NCBI RefSeq assembly: GCF_006345805.1
Contig: NW_021829907.1
Location: forward strand, 1-34,917
Reading direction: 5' to 3'
Length of the DNA: 34,917 nucleotides
Source: Octopus sinensis
Lineage: Eukaryota
Part shown: positions 1 to 10,530 of the stretch, one piece after another
How the letters are laid out: each line of letters starts with the position of its first letter
Position numbering within the stretch: position 1 is the first letter of the stretch
The notes under the pieces: generated by a model
What the model was told of the DNA's origin: nothing
The model's input: the letters and a program-made list of their open reading frames with translations, nothing else
Database searches by the model: none
Position numbers and translations under genes: made by a program

Positions 1-181
1 CAAGGCCGGCGCGTTGGTATTCCGGCGAGGGAACGAGATCCCCGAACTGGGCACCAGCATTGTACATGTGTGGCAGAAAACCCTCTCATATTGTACACAG
101 CCGTTGGTGAGGCGCTAGTTAAGTTAGACAAATGATGGTGTCTTTTGTGGTGTTAGTGATGTTATGGGCTGTGATGAGCTA

Positions 182-429
182 TGTGGTGTTGGGGATTGCA
201 GATGAGGTAGACGGAAGTAAAGACTGCAGGGACCTGTGGCACATCCACGAGGCATGCGTGGGCAGGAAGTACGTGTGGCCAGTTCAAGCAGAGACGGCAG
301 CGAGCAAAGACGTGTTTATTTCTAGAGAGTGATCGCTCATTCCGCCGAGGTCAACAGGTAAGCCCTTTTGTATTTCTTTCTCCCGTTTGCTTCTTTTTTT
401 CTGTTGTCTTTTTCCTCCATCACACTAAA
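182..429 (+). mobile_element. Short LTR-like element related to the one at 7134-7400; GC-rich 1-181 may be its internal region
   Basis: Starts TGTGGTGT. Ends CCATCACACTAAA, whose reverse complement resembles the TGTGGTGTGATGG left end of the 7134 element. Same layout: CGGAAGT (212), GCATGCG (252), donor CAG|GTAAG (357/358), shared TTTTTCTGTTGT (396-407). No TSD visible. Confidence 0.55.
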
Positions 430-478
430 TCTTTATGTAGCTAATATTTCACCGTTTTCCCGATCATGGCTTCAACAG

Positions 479-584
479 ATGCCCACTGTGCATTATTTGT
501 AGAAATTTCTGTGAAGAATGGTGAACCTATAAAGATAAATTTTGCCACATCCTATACCTATGGAAAGAGCCATTTGAGTCAAGG
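479..584 (+). CDS. Candidate internal exon of convergent plus-strand gene (DAHCALFVEISVKNGEPIKINFATSYTYGKSHLSQG)
   Basis: CTAAT branch-like motif (441) and acceptor TTCAACAG (478), open frame, donor AAGG|GTATCA at 584/585 in phase 2, matching the exon at 3857. The donor is weak and an alternative acceptor exists at 502. Confidence 0.4.
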
Positions 585-1949
585 GTATCAGGCAAATACG
601 CCGCAAATAGGGGAGCAACCGCCTCATCCTCCCCAAGCACATTTTTCAAAATTGGCGCCATCCCAACAATTGTTAAAAACTCTTTAGTTTCCAATATCAG
701 TAATTTAAGTTTCATACATAACGTTACTGAAACGTGAAATTAATGAATGTAGACTACAATTACATATATTATAATTAATGAAATATTTCCCGTAATAGAG
801 AAATGGTTAAAAATTGTTCGGTATGTGTCACAGCGCCTTTTTTTCCTCCTTTTTTTATTATTTTGTGATCGCTCCCTCAACTTTAGAACTTGGCTTCGCC
901 TCCGTTATCAGGTCTGCTGATTCGACAATTCACCTGCGATAGTTTCCCTTACTGCGGTAACCCCCTTTATTGTGCTTTAAAATAGAGCGAACATCTGTTC
1001 GTTAGGATACAGAACTAAAAAGCTCGACAGTTCTTTTTTTTTGCCTCATTGCCCTGTCTCTACATCCCAAGGCATCTTTCTGTCTCTAGTTTCAGCTCAG
1101 AGCTGCGGCCATGCTGATGCACCGCCGTTAAGTGTTTTTATCTTTTCGTTAAAAAGAAAAAAAAAAAAAAAAAAGGGCTATTGGAAGGGAACGAGGGTGT
1201 GAGGTCCTGTTCCGAATGCTTGCAACAAAGTGAACTCTGCTAAAGGCGTGGGTAAAGTTAACCGAACACCTGGATCAGTAAACTATTCATATAGGCCATG
1301 GTCCAGTATGGCTGCTTCTAAATACTGAAACAGAAGATATATCGACCCCGAAAAATCGAACGGTAAAATTGACGTGGGTAGAGTTTGAACTTAGTTAAAC
1401 GCTCTCACGTTCTAGCAGTTCAGCATCCTTGAACATAAACCCTAATAAGGAATTTACCATTATTTCACTCAGCTGTAAATGAGGAACCGCGATGGACTGA
1501 TATCCCATTCATGGGGGGGGTAGGTTGAGATATCGGTCACTCGTCTGGGTAATTGACCCTATGGATCCCAAGACTCGAGACAATACTATACAGGACTTTT
1601 TTTCTGTTTATTTCAAACCCAAATGATTAAGAGAAAAAAAAAAAAAAATCAATAAAGGCTGGAAGGAGAAAGAAAAGGTGTTTTCAAGAAGGCGACACTG
1701 AGAAAAGACATGGCAGCAGTCAAAGTTGCAGTTGCCTCCCTTAGATTGTTTCCAGATGAGACGTTATGGAAGCGAACTTGTGGAATCGAATCAACTCCAA
1801 AATATCTGAATTCTTGCAATCAAATCTCAGATTTGATACTTTCTCTTCACTTGGTTTAGATTATAAATACAAAACATTGGAATCAACTATTCTACAAAAT
1901 TAATTTATAATTAAAAATTTTTTTTCTCCGCAAGAGTAAAGCACTGAAT

Positions 1950-2260
1950 ATAATAATAATAATGAAATAATAATGAAATTATTGTATACAGTGCTCAGGT
2001 GCACCACAACTTGTCAGAGTATATGCAGTAATGTACAAATGTCTGGAAAGCGAACAATGCATGAGTCAGATACATGCTTGTGTGTGTGTATGGAGGGGAG
2101 AAAAACAGGTGTAGTGTTGGCAAATCTCAGAAAGCATGGAAGTTTTGAATATGAATCGGTTTTGAGCTGTTTACGAACGAATATCGGGAATTGAGAGGCA
2201 GCGTGTAAGATTTGGGGTTTCACGTTCGCAAAATGGTGAATTGGAAATCCACAATAGTAG
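1950..2260 (-). mobile_element. CR1-like LINE 3' end, degenerate
   Basis: Same sequence and (TAA)n-type tail as the copy at 2503-3005. Confidence 0.75.
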
Positions 2261-2369
2261 TCTAAGGGCCCATATAAAATTTAGTGTAAATGCCTGTTGC
2301 AAGAAAGTCAGGCAGTAGCGGTTAATGTGGACAATAAACACCCAGGAGATGCTATCTTTAATATGGATT

Positions 2370-2500
2370 CAAGGTGAGCCGACCAGCAGGAGACCTTGGG
2401 GCAGACAAAGAAGAGAATGGCTGGATATTAACATTCACAGTGAGTGTTGGTCACACTTGAAAATCCATCAGATGTGACGACCATGGCTTCTGACAGGACC
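2370..2500 (+). mobile_element. Possible RTE-like LINE 3' remnant
   Basis: Translates RPWGRQRREWLD, resembling the RTE ORF C-terminal GRPRxRWLD motif. Confidence 0.35.
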
Positions 2501-2502
2501 CT

Positions 2503-3005
2503 ATAATAATGAAATTATTGTATACAGTGCTCAGGTGCAGCACAACTTGTCTAAAGTGCGTATAAAGCATATGCAGTAATGTACAAATGTTGAGAAGTGA
2601 ACAGTGTATGAGTCCGATGCTTGCATGTGTATGGAGGTGAGAAGATCAGGTGTAGTGTTGGCGAATCTCAGGAAGCATGGAAGTTTTGAAGGATGCAGTG
2701 CTCCGACAACTAACAACTGATGCTGGCAGTTTGTTCCATGCTTCAGCAACTCTTAGCGTGAAAAAATGTTTCCAAAAGTCATGGGAGCTGTGCTGTTTTC
2801 TTACTTTGTAAACATGTTCACGGGTGTTAGACGGGTGGAGTTTGAAAAGGTGCTCAGAGTTATTGTTTGTAAGATGGTTGATAATTTTATGGGTGTCTGC
2901 CAAGTCAGCTGCCGGACGTCGGAGTTTCAATGTGTCCATGCCCAGGGAAGTAAGGCGTTCAGAATATGGCAGGAAGTAATCGAGGATTCTACACCCAGAA
3001 CCCTC
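2503..3005 (-). mobile_element. CR1-like LINE 3' end (reverse-transcriptase ORF C-terminus)
   Basis: ORF 2646-2939: TLKLRR..DL..THKI..TREHVYK..KHFFTLRVAEAWNKLPASVV..STASFK, typical of the CR1-clade ORF2 C-terminus, followed by a short-repeat tail. Confidence 0.85.
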
Positions 3006-3856
3006 CCAGGATTAGCGAGTACAGAAGATGAATGAATTGAAGGATAAATGTGCTGGTTGCTAAGGAGACATAAACTAAAAACAAAAGAGCGATGCGTAAA
3101 TATGAAAATAAGAATTTATTATAGAAATAAGTAGGATAACTTGGTACAATGTGTACCCATTTCAAAAGGAAGGACAGTTTATGAAAAAGAAACAATACTG
3201 TTAATATTGTTATTTCAATGAATAAAGTTGTATTCATCTGGGGGAAAAACCCCTTTTACTGTGGAAATCAGATACAATCCATTCAAAATTTCGTTCTCCT
3301 TAACTGGAGAAAGTTTTATAAAGCAGTCAATTTTTTTTTTGTTGAGAAATGTCATATTTCAAACTATTTTTTTTGTTGAAAAACAATTTTATTATGAGGC
3401 ATGAAACTCGCAGAAAATTACCAATCCTATTTTTTTTGGTAGATATTCAACATCATTACTGGCATAAGTATGGAAAATAATTTCACATTTAAAGGGTTAT
3501 ACAATTAAACAATAACAATATGCAAACTACCCGTGTCTTTTTTTTTTTCACATTTGTATTGTTTAATTTATTTTCTTCAATGAAATTTTTTATTCCCTCC
3601 ATCAAATTGATAAATTCATAGCATAACTCAAATAATTAGTCTGTTATCTCACTATAAAGATCATCATCACCTTGTTCCCAAGTCCATTGCCTCACACTCA
3701 GTACATCACACCTCACTGTAAGGTCATTGTCTCAATGTAAGGTGACTAATAAACCAACTGTAAAGCTGTTATACAGTACATCATTGTCAAATCCTTCATA
3801 TGCAGAACATTTTATACTCATCTTATATTTAAAGCTTCACTATTTTTATGTGGCAG

Positions 3857-4058
3857 GAATATCATTTTTACGACAATGGATCAGGAAATGAGATATGAAT
3901 GGGTTAGATATAATTCATCATTAACTCGTATTACTTTTAATGTTTCTAACAGCACTACATGGTTTTCCATGGATTTTATTCAAAACGATCCAATTATTGA
4001 AGTTGTTGAGAAGAGATATAAAGTGACCAAGCAGAAAATTTGTACAATTCACATCTAA
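3857..4058 (+). CDS. Probable terminal coding exon of a convergent plus-strand gene (NIIFTTMDQEMRYEWVRY...KICTIHI*)
   Basis: Acceptor TTTTTATGTGGCAG at 3856, 202-nt open frame in non-repetitive sequence, TAA at 4056-4058, phase-2 start compatible with exon 479-584. Product not recognised. Confidence 0.55.
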
Positions 4059-4128
4059 TCCCAAACACCATTGACATAACAAATCACTTGCTTCGCTTTT
4101 TTCCATATAATTTTTCTTCCTTTTTCTT

Positions 4129-4526
4129 TCATTCACAAAACGTCCGATAAGCATTGACTACGTTGTTCCAACATTCATCTAACTCATCGTGAATAGTCCT
4201 CGTGTTCCCGTAGCATCTGCGTAACAAGTTCAAGTTCTGTACGCAGTTGTGTAAGGAGACCGGTTCCTGCGACGGCCCCAAATCTGCATTCATTATGTTC
4301 TTCCTCAGCGTAACCTCTTCCTGGAAGAGCTCCACCAACGACCGATTTACCGATGTGCATTGACTTTGAATTTCTTTCATCAGCTGGTTGAAATTGTTAA
4401 ATTGCCTCAAGCATGGAATTAATAACTTATTTGCCGTATCACCCAATTTGGAAGTCAACTCATCTTCATCATACGATATCAACATGCAATACTTATGGGT
4501 TCGAGCCAGGTTGACACGGGTCTTCC
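4129..4526 (-). CDS. Terminal coding exon of minus-strand gene; uncharacterised, probably helical protein
   Basis: Acceptor TTTTCTTCTGTTTTACAG, then 398 nt = 2+132 codons (KTRVNLARTHKYCMLISYDEDEL...AYRTFCE*). Phase fits exon 7614-7758. Minus-strand AATAAA at 3980-3975. Confidence 0.85.
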
Positions 4527-5024
4527 CTGTAAAACAGAAGAAAATTGGGGTTTATATATTTTTATCCCTCTTTCAGGCTCCACCCCATTCTTATAATTCT
4601 AGCTCCAGGTCAAACTATTTAAGGAATTAAGAAATAAACAAAAGACTCCTAATCACAGTTAATTAAAGAAAAATCAAACGAGCCCAATAGTTATCAGGAT
4701 TATATAATTCTAATTATGGTTCAAGGCATTCAATTTGAAGGGGAGGGGCAAGTCAGTTTTATTTGCCCCACTACTGGACAGGTATTTTATTTTACCAACC
4801 CCTAAAGGTAGGGCTGGATTAAGATCCATAAAGGCCCTAAGCTCTTAAAAAGATTTTGGTAACCCCCCCCCCCCCTATATGTAATTCAAAGTGTAAATAA
4901 TAAACTATAAAATAAATTTTCTCTTTTTAAAATGAAACAAAATTAACAATAAATAGGAAAATAAGTTTGTTGTACGCATCCACTTCATTTATATTTGAAA
5001 CTGATATTTATGTTTTTTTTTTTT

Positions 5025-5618
5025 TTGCAAAGTCAGATCAAGATTCTCAAAATTAATCTAATCAGCTTCTCTGCTTAATGGTTATAAGGCATCCCAATCT
5101 ATTTGCAAGTCTAAGTGATTTCTTTTGTGTTGTAACCATCTACCTTTGGTGGTACACCCCCTTTCCTTAATTCCCTAAACAATTGGCTTATTTTGCTTAA
5201 TAAATAAACATGTCTTATTTTGCTTTTCTTTGCAAAGTCAGATCAGATTCTCAAAATTAATCTAGATTTCTGCTTCTCTACTTAACAGTGATAAAGCATC
5301 CCAGATCTTATTTTAGCAAGTCTAAAGTGATTTCTTTTGTGTTGTAAACCATCTACCATTTGTGGTACACCCCCCCTTAATGCCCTAAACATTGGCTTAT
5401 TTTGCTTAATAAATAAACATTGGTTTATTTTGCTTTTCTTTGCAAAGTCAGATCAGATTCTCAAAATTAATCTAAATCTGCTTCTCTGCTTAATGGTGAT
5501 AAGGCATCCCAGATCTTATTTTAGCAAGTCTAAAGTGATTTCTTTTGTGCCGTAAACCATCTACCATTTGTGGTACACCCCTCCCTTAATTCCCTAAACA
5601 TTGGCTTATTTTGCTTAA
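5025..5618. repeat. Tandem repeat, ~205-210 bp unit x ~2.9
   Basis: Unit TTGCAAAGTCAGATCA...TTTTGCTTAAT starts at 5025, 5230 and 5440. Confidence 0.9.
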
Positions 5619-5826
5619 TGTTTAATTTAGTGCTGTTCATTTTGTCCGATGTGCTAACATTTCTGACAGCTCATCAGGTTTCAAATTGTTACACAAGACC
5701 AGCAGTCTTAGAACGTGGGTCAACTTGACTGTATCAATCCCAGGAGTTGACTGATAATTTTATTTTCTCCAAAACGAAATACCCCTAAGCATTTCGCCCA
5801 GTATGCTAACGTTTCTGCCAGCTCTC

Positions 5827-6056
5827 TTTACTCTTTTACTTGTTTCAGTCATTTGACTGCGGCCATGCTGGAGCACCGACTTTAATCGAACAACTCGACC
5901 CCGGGACTTATTCTTTGTAAGCCCAGTACTTATTCTATCGGTCTCGTTTTGCCGAACCGCTAAGTGACGGGGACGTAAACACACCAGCATCGTTTGTCAA
6001 GCAATGCTAGGGGACATAGACCACAAACTATCACACACAACACCACATACATATAC

Positions 6057-6095
<39 letters not shown>

Positions 6096-6268
6096 TACAT
6101 ATATACAACAGGCTTCTTTCAGTTTCCATCTACCAAATCCACTCACGAGGCTTTGGTCGGCCCGAGGCTATAGCAGAAGACACTTGCCCAAGATGCCACG
6201 CAGTGGGACTGAACCCGGAGCCATGTGGTTGGTAAGCAAGCTACTTACCACACAGCCACTCCTGCGCC
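5827..6268 (-). mobile_element. tRNA-headed SINE, family A (central microsatellite, AAAAGAGT tail)
   Basis: Reverse complement of the 8725-9113 copy. Confidence 0.9.
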
Positions 6269-6922
6269 GCCTTCCAATTGTGTTAACAATTCTGTCAGTT
6301 CTCCCAAACCCTTTCAGCTGACAAAAATGCATTGTACCAGTAATTCAAAAGGGGCCAGCCTTGCCCCGTTCCGTGTCATAAAGGTATGCATGTCTGTGGA
6401 GCACTCAGCCACTTGCACATTAATTTCACAAGCAGGCTGTTCCATTGATCAGATCAACTGGAACCCTTGTAATTATAACTGATGGAAAGCCAGTAACCCC
6501 TTAACACTGCATAAAGCCTCCTTGCTCCTATTCTTCCTCTCAAAGTAGGGGACTCTTTAGTCTTATTGTCCTTGTATCAAATGTGGGAGAAGGAGAAATT
6601 GTTTTAATGAATACTTTTCCATGCTTGCATGGGTTGGACAGAGTTTGAGGCAAATTGACAGCTGGATGCTCTTCCTGTTGACAACCTTTACCTGTTTCCC
6701 AAGCAAGGAAATATTTCCTCATGGTCAAACATTTTTGCAGAATACAGCGGTGGTGCCCCAGCATGGCCGCGGCCTTCAGGCTAAAACGTTTCTAAGGATT
6801 TAAGGATATTGGAAATGAAGGGCATTCATTTAAGACAATCACATATTTCAAGACAAAGAGGCATAAACATATCCTCACACATCATGGGTTTCTTTCAGTT
6901 TCCATTTACTAAATCCACTTAA

Positions 6923-7413
6923 CCCTTTAGTGTTCAGATTATTCTATCAAACATAATGCCTATTGATTCCCATTGATTTGAATTAATCATGCATTATCTC
7001 ATGTCTTCAAGATCTTGATGGTGCAATTACTTAATGTAGAATAACATTGTAGGGTAGGTGTGAGAGCCTGGATCTGGTCAGTTTGAACATAAAACAGATT
7101 AAATATTTTGGCCGGATATGGCCGGTTTAAATATGTGGTGTGATGGTGAAGGAGTGTGACGGATGGGGGAGAGCGGAAGTGGGGCTTGCAGGTCTTGCAG
7201 GGCGCATGCGCCAGCGGAAGCGGAAGTGACAGGCAGAACGCACGTGCGGCATCGAGCAGTTGACCCAGACACGACGAAGACACGACACGAGCGAGTTGGC
7301 TAAAGGCGATCCAAGTTCATCTCTGACTAGGTAAGACCCAATTACATTCCATTCCATTCCTTCCTTTTTCTGTTGTACTCTTTTCACCATTCATACTACA
7401 AAATACTAAAGGG
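6923..7413. mobile_element. piggyBac-type MITE
   Basis: TTAA (6919-6922) + CCCTTTAG ... CTAAAGGG + TTAA (7414-7417): TTAA TSD with CCC-starting TIRs. Confidence 0.85.
7134..7400 (+). mobile_element. Solo-LTR-like element, 267 bp, TG...CA ends, 5-bp TSD
   Basis: TSD AAATA at 7129-7133 and 7401-7405. Left end TGTGGTGTGATGGTGAA; reverse complement of right end TGTAGTATGAATGGTGAA. Contains GCGCATGCGC, CGGAAGTG, CACGTG and donor AG|GTAAGA (7330/7331). Confidence 0.75.
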
Positions 7414-7613
7414 TTAAGGATTTAATTGGCCAGGAGATACAGTAAAAGACACTTGCCCAAGATGCCACATGGTGTGACTGACCCTGAAACCATGTGGGTG
7501 GGAAGCAAACTACACAGATACACTATGAAAGGAATCGAAAATAAACTCGGGATTCTAACCCTGAAAATTCTCAGGAAAAGCAGTGCCTGACCAAAACAAG
7601 TGCGAATACTTAC

Positions 7614-7758
7614 TACAGTGACTCCCAATTACTTTTATACACAAGTCCACAGACGTTTGTGGCGTTTTTGCCTTTTGGAAGAGCTGAAGAATAATGTCTT
7701 CAACTTCCTTTAAATTATAATAGCTGGAGACCAATTCATTAAATTCTTCTTCGTGTTT
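7614..7758 (-). CDS. Internal coding exon (KHEEEFNELVSSYYNLKEVEDIILQLFQKAKTPQTSVDLCIKVIGSHC)
   Basis: Acceptor TTTTTTCCTTTCTTTCCAG, donor A|GTAAGT, 145 nt, phase 0 to phase 1. Confidence 0.85.
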
Positions 7759-8029
7759 CTGGAAAGAAAGGAAAAAAAGAACCATGAGAAAAAAACTTGT
7801 TCAGAAAGCAGACAACATTATTAAGGTAGGCACTAAGAAAGGAGTGGCCCTGGTTGCATGAAGACATACAGCAGTTACCAAAAGGTTACAGTCACTTAAA
7901 TCCAACCCCTAAAAGAAAATGAATTAAGGCAGGACTCCCCAACCATCAAGCCAAGGACCAGTACGAGGATGCAGAAAAATTAAAATTCTATTTTGACTGC
8001 TGCAGTTTGCAGAGTGTTTTTCTGTTATG

Positions 8030-8055
8030 GGAGAGAGAAAGAAAGAGAGAGAGAA

Positions 8056-8136
<81 letters not shown>

Positions 8137-8232
8137 GAGAGAAAGAAAGAGAGAGAGAAGAAAGAAAGAGAGAGAGAGAGAAGAGAAGAGAGAGAGGAGA
8201 GGAGAGAAAGAAAGAGAGAGAGAGAGAAAGAA

Positions 8233-8267
<35 letters not shown>

Positions 8268-8322
8268 AAGAAAGAAAGAGAGAGAGGGAGAGGGAGAGAG
8301 AGAGAGAGGGAGAGAGAGAGAG
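8030..8322. repeat. (AG)n/(AAAG)n purine microsatellite
   Basis: ~290 nt composed of A and G only on the plus strand. Confidence 0.97.
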
Positions 8323-8724
8323 CGTGCGTGTCTAGTGGTGATCTGCCCATGGGCGGGTCCTGTGCATGTAAACCTTCTCCAACGATCTCTGTATACAACC
8401 CGAGAAGGCCTGTACCTTGCTGCCCTGCCACCATGACTAGACTACAGACGAATACTGGAGTGGTTTTCTATTGCCTTCCACATCCAGGTGGGATTTGAAC
8501 TCAGAATGCAGAGAGCTGGAAGATATACTGTAAAGCATTTCTGCTGATGCACCAACAATTCTGCCACTCTCCCACCCACAGAGCAAAGTAAAATGAAGCG
8601 TTTTGTTCAAGAACAGAACATGCCACCTGGTTCAGGAATCGAACTCACAATCTAGCAACCATGAGTGCAACATCCTAACCACTAAGCCACGTGCCTTCAC
8701 ATATGTATCAAATATGTAATAATT

Positions 8725-9113
8725 AGGCGCAGGAGTGGCTGTGTGGTAAGTAGCTTGCTAACCAACCACATGGTTCCGGGTTCAGTCCCACTGCGTGGCA
8801 TCTTGGGCAAGTGTCTTCTGCTATAGCCCCGGGCTGACCGATGCCTTGTGAGTGGATTTGGTAGACGGAAACTGAAAGAAGCCTGTCGTATATATGTATA
8901 TATGTATGTGTTTGTGTGTCTGTCCCCCTAGCATTGCTTGACAACCGATGCTGGTGTGTTTACGTACCCGTTACTTAGCGGTTCGGCAAAAGAGACCGAT
9001 AGAATAAGTACTGGGTTTACAAAGAATAAGTCCCGGGGTCGATTTGCTCGACTAAAGGCGGTGCTCCAGCATGGCCGCAGTCAAATTACTGAAACAAGTA
9101 AAAGAGTAAAGAG
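8725..9113 (+). mobile_element. tRNA-headed SINE, family A, full length
   Basis: Head AGGCGCAGGAGTGGCTGTGTGGTAAG...GGTTCCGGGTTCAGTCCC (A/B-box-like), central TA/TG microsatellite, tail GAAACAAGTAAAAGAGTAAAGAG. Confidence 0.92.
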
Positions 9114-9580
9114 AATTATACCAGAGTATCCATCCAAGCAACCTGTGGAGAAGGAAAAGGTATGGGCTGCGAAATGAAACTGTTCAGAACACTGGTCTGA
9201 CGAGTGTTACTCTACGGATGTGAAAAGTGGAAAGAGAGAAAAATGGAAGGAGAAAAAAAAATGGACAGAATTCTAATTCATCTTGAAAGGAGAATACTTG
9301 ATATCAAGTGGTTGCAAAGAGTCTGAAATAGCAATTGAAACAACAATGGGAATCAACAATGGGAATCAAGAGAATTCGTGACGAATAAGATGCAGACATT
9401 TGAACTAGACTGGACGTATCCTCAGATAAAAATCAAGAAAGGTATTGCACTTGGTCAGGTCAATAAGTATCCGGACTGTTGCCATAGTAACGAAGCTAAA
9501 GCATGCAGAGTGAAGCCACTTGGCACAGATTGACCTTGGACTCTGCTGTGCATGTGCACTAAGTTTTAACATTCTAGATA

Positions 9581-9787
9581 TATAATAATAATAATAATGA
9601 AATTATTGTATACAGTGCTCAGGTGCACCACAACTTGTCAGAAAGTGCGTATAAAGTACATGCAGTAATGTAGAAATGTCTGGAAAGCGAACAATGTATG
9701 AGTCAGATACATGCTTGTGTGTGTATGGAGGGGAGAAAATCAAGTGTAGTGTTGGCGAATCTCAGGAAGCATGGAAGTTTTGAATAT
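9581..9787 (-). mobile_element. CR1-like LINE 3' tip, 5'-truncated
   Basis: Same 3' end as the 1950 and 2503 copies (TGAAATTATTGTATACAGTGCTCAGGTGC). Confidence 0.8.
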
Positions 9788-10086
9788 GGCTTCATCAGTT
9801 ATAGAGAGAAAAGAGAAAGCATGCTGAAGACCTGACAAGGTGTGTAGACTCAAATTACAAAGTGGTGTTTATAAGTGGAATCAAAATTGGATGGGACGAG
9901 TAAGTTTGCAAGATTGCAATAAATAATAAATTATATGCACTGTGTTTTGTGTGTGTCTGATATCCCCTGGTCTGCAGAAAAAATTTGTCTTGCATAAAAC
10001 TGGTCTGTGATACAGAAAAGATTGCGGACTGCTGACTTAAGAGACTGGCAAAAATTAAGAATGATTTGTAACAACCTGGTCATAAT

Positions 10087-10530
10087 TCATCATCATCATC
10101 ATTTAGCGTCCGCTTTCCATGCTAGCATGGGTTGGACTGTTCAGCTGGGGTCTGGGAAGCCAGAAGGCTGCACCAGGCCCAGTCTGATCTGGCAATGTTT
10201 CTACGGCTGGATGCCCTTCCTAATGCCAACCACTCCGTGAGTGTAGTGGGTGCTTTTTACATGCCACCGGCACAGGTGCCAGACAAGGCTGGCAAACGGC
10301 CACGGTCGGATGGTGCTTTTTACGTGCCACCAGCACGGGGGCCAGACGAGGCTGGCAATGGCCACAATCAGATCATGCTTTTTACGTGCCACCGACACGA
10401 GGCCAGTTGGGGCAGCGCTGGCAACGGCCACGTTCGGATGGTTCTCTTACGTACCACCGGCACTGGTATCCCAGCTACAAATTCCATTGATGTTGATCGA
10501 TTTCGATTTTCACTTGCCTCAACAGGTCTT
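10087..10530 (-). mobile_element. Retroposon family D with (GAT)n tail and internal ~63-bp tandem repeats
   Basis: CATCATCATCATTTAGCGTCCGCTTTCCATGCTAGCATGGG...GGCTGGATGCCCTTCC, shared with 13995-14147 and 21583-22022. Confidence 0.8.

Larger units (their letters stand above)
6886..7510 (-). mobile_element. Family A SINE fragment interrupted by a piggyBac MITE
   Basis: TTTCAGTTTCCATTTACTAAATCCAC (to 6918) resumes after 7417 with ...AAGACACTTGCCCAAGATGCCAC...AAACCATGTGG. Confidence 0.75.

Noticed and set aside
466-687. 73-aa standalone ORF
   Set aside because: The first half is better explained as a spliced exon (479-584); the remainder appears intronic.
7160-7340. GC-rich NRF1/ETS/E-box cluster as a host housekeeping promoter
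   Set aside because: It lies wholly within a TSD-flanked insertion nested in a MITE, so it is treated as element-borne.
7988-8498. Long RE-rich and SL-rich ORFs
   Set aside because: Translations of the (AG)n microsatellite, which is open in several frames on both strands.
8725-8800. tRNA-like A/B-box sequences at SINE heads
   Set aside because: No full cloverleaf; they continue directly into SINE bodies, so they are not called as tRNA genes.
9175-9215. GAAAC...CTGACGAG hammerhead-like words
   Set aside because: No UH cleavage triplet or stem I in the required positions.
5025-10470. CRISPR-like appearance of the 207-bp and 63-bp repeats
   Set aside because: No unique spacers between short identical repeats, and the context is eukaryotic.
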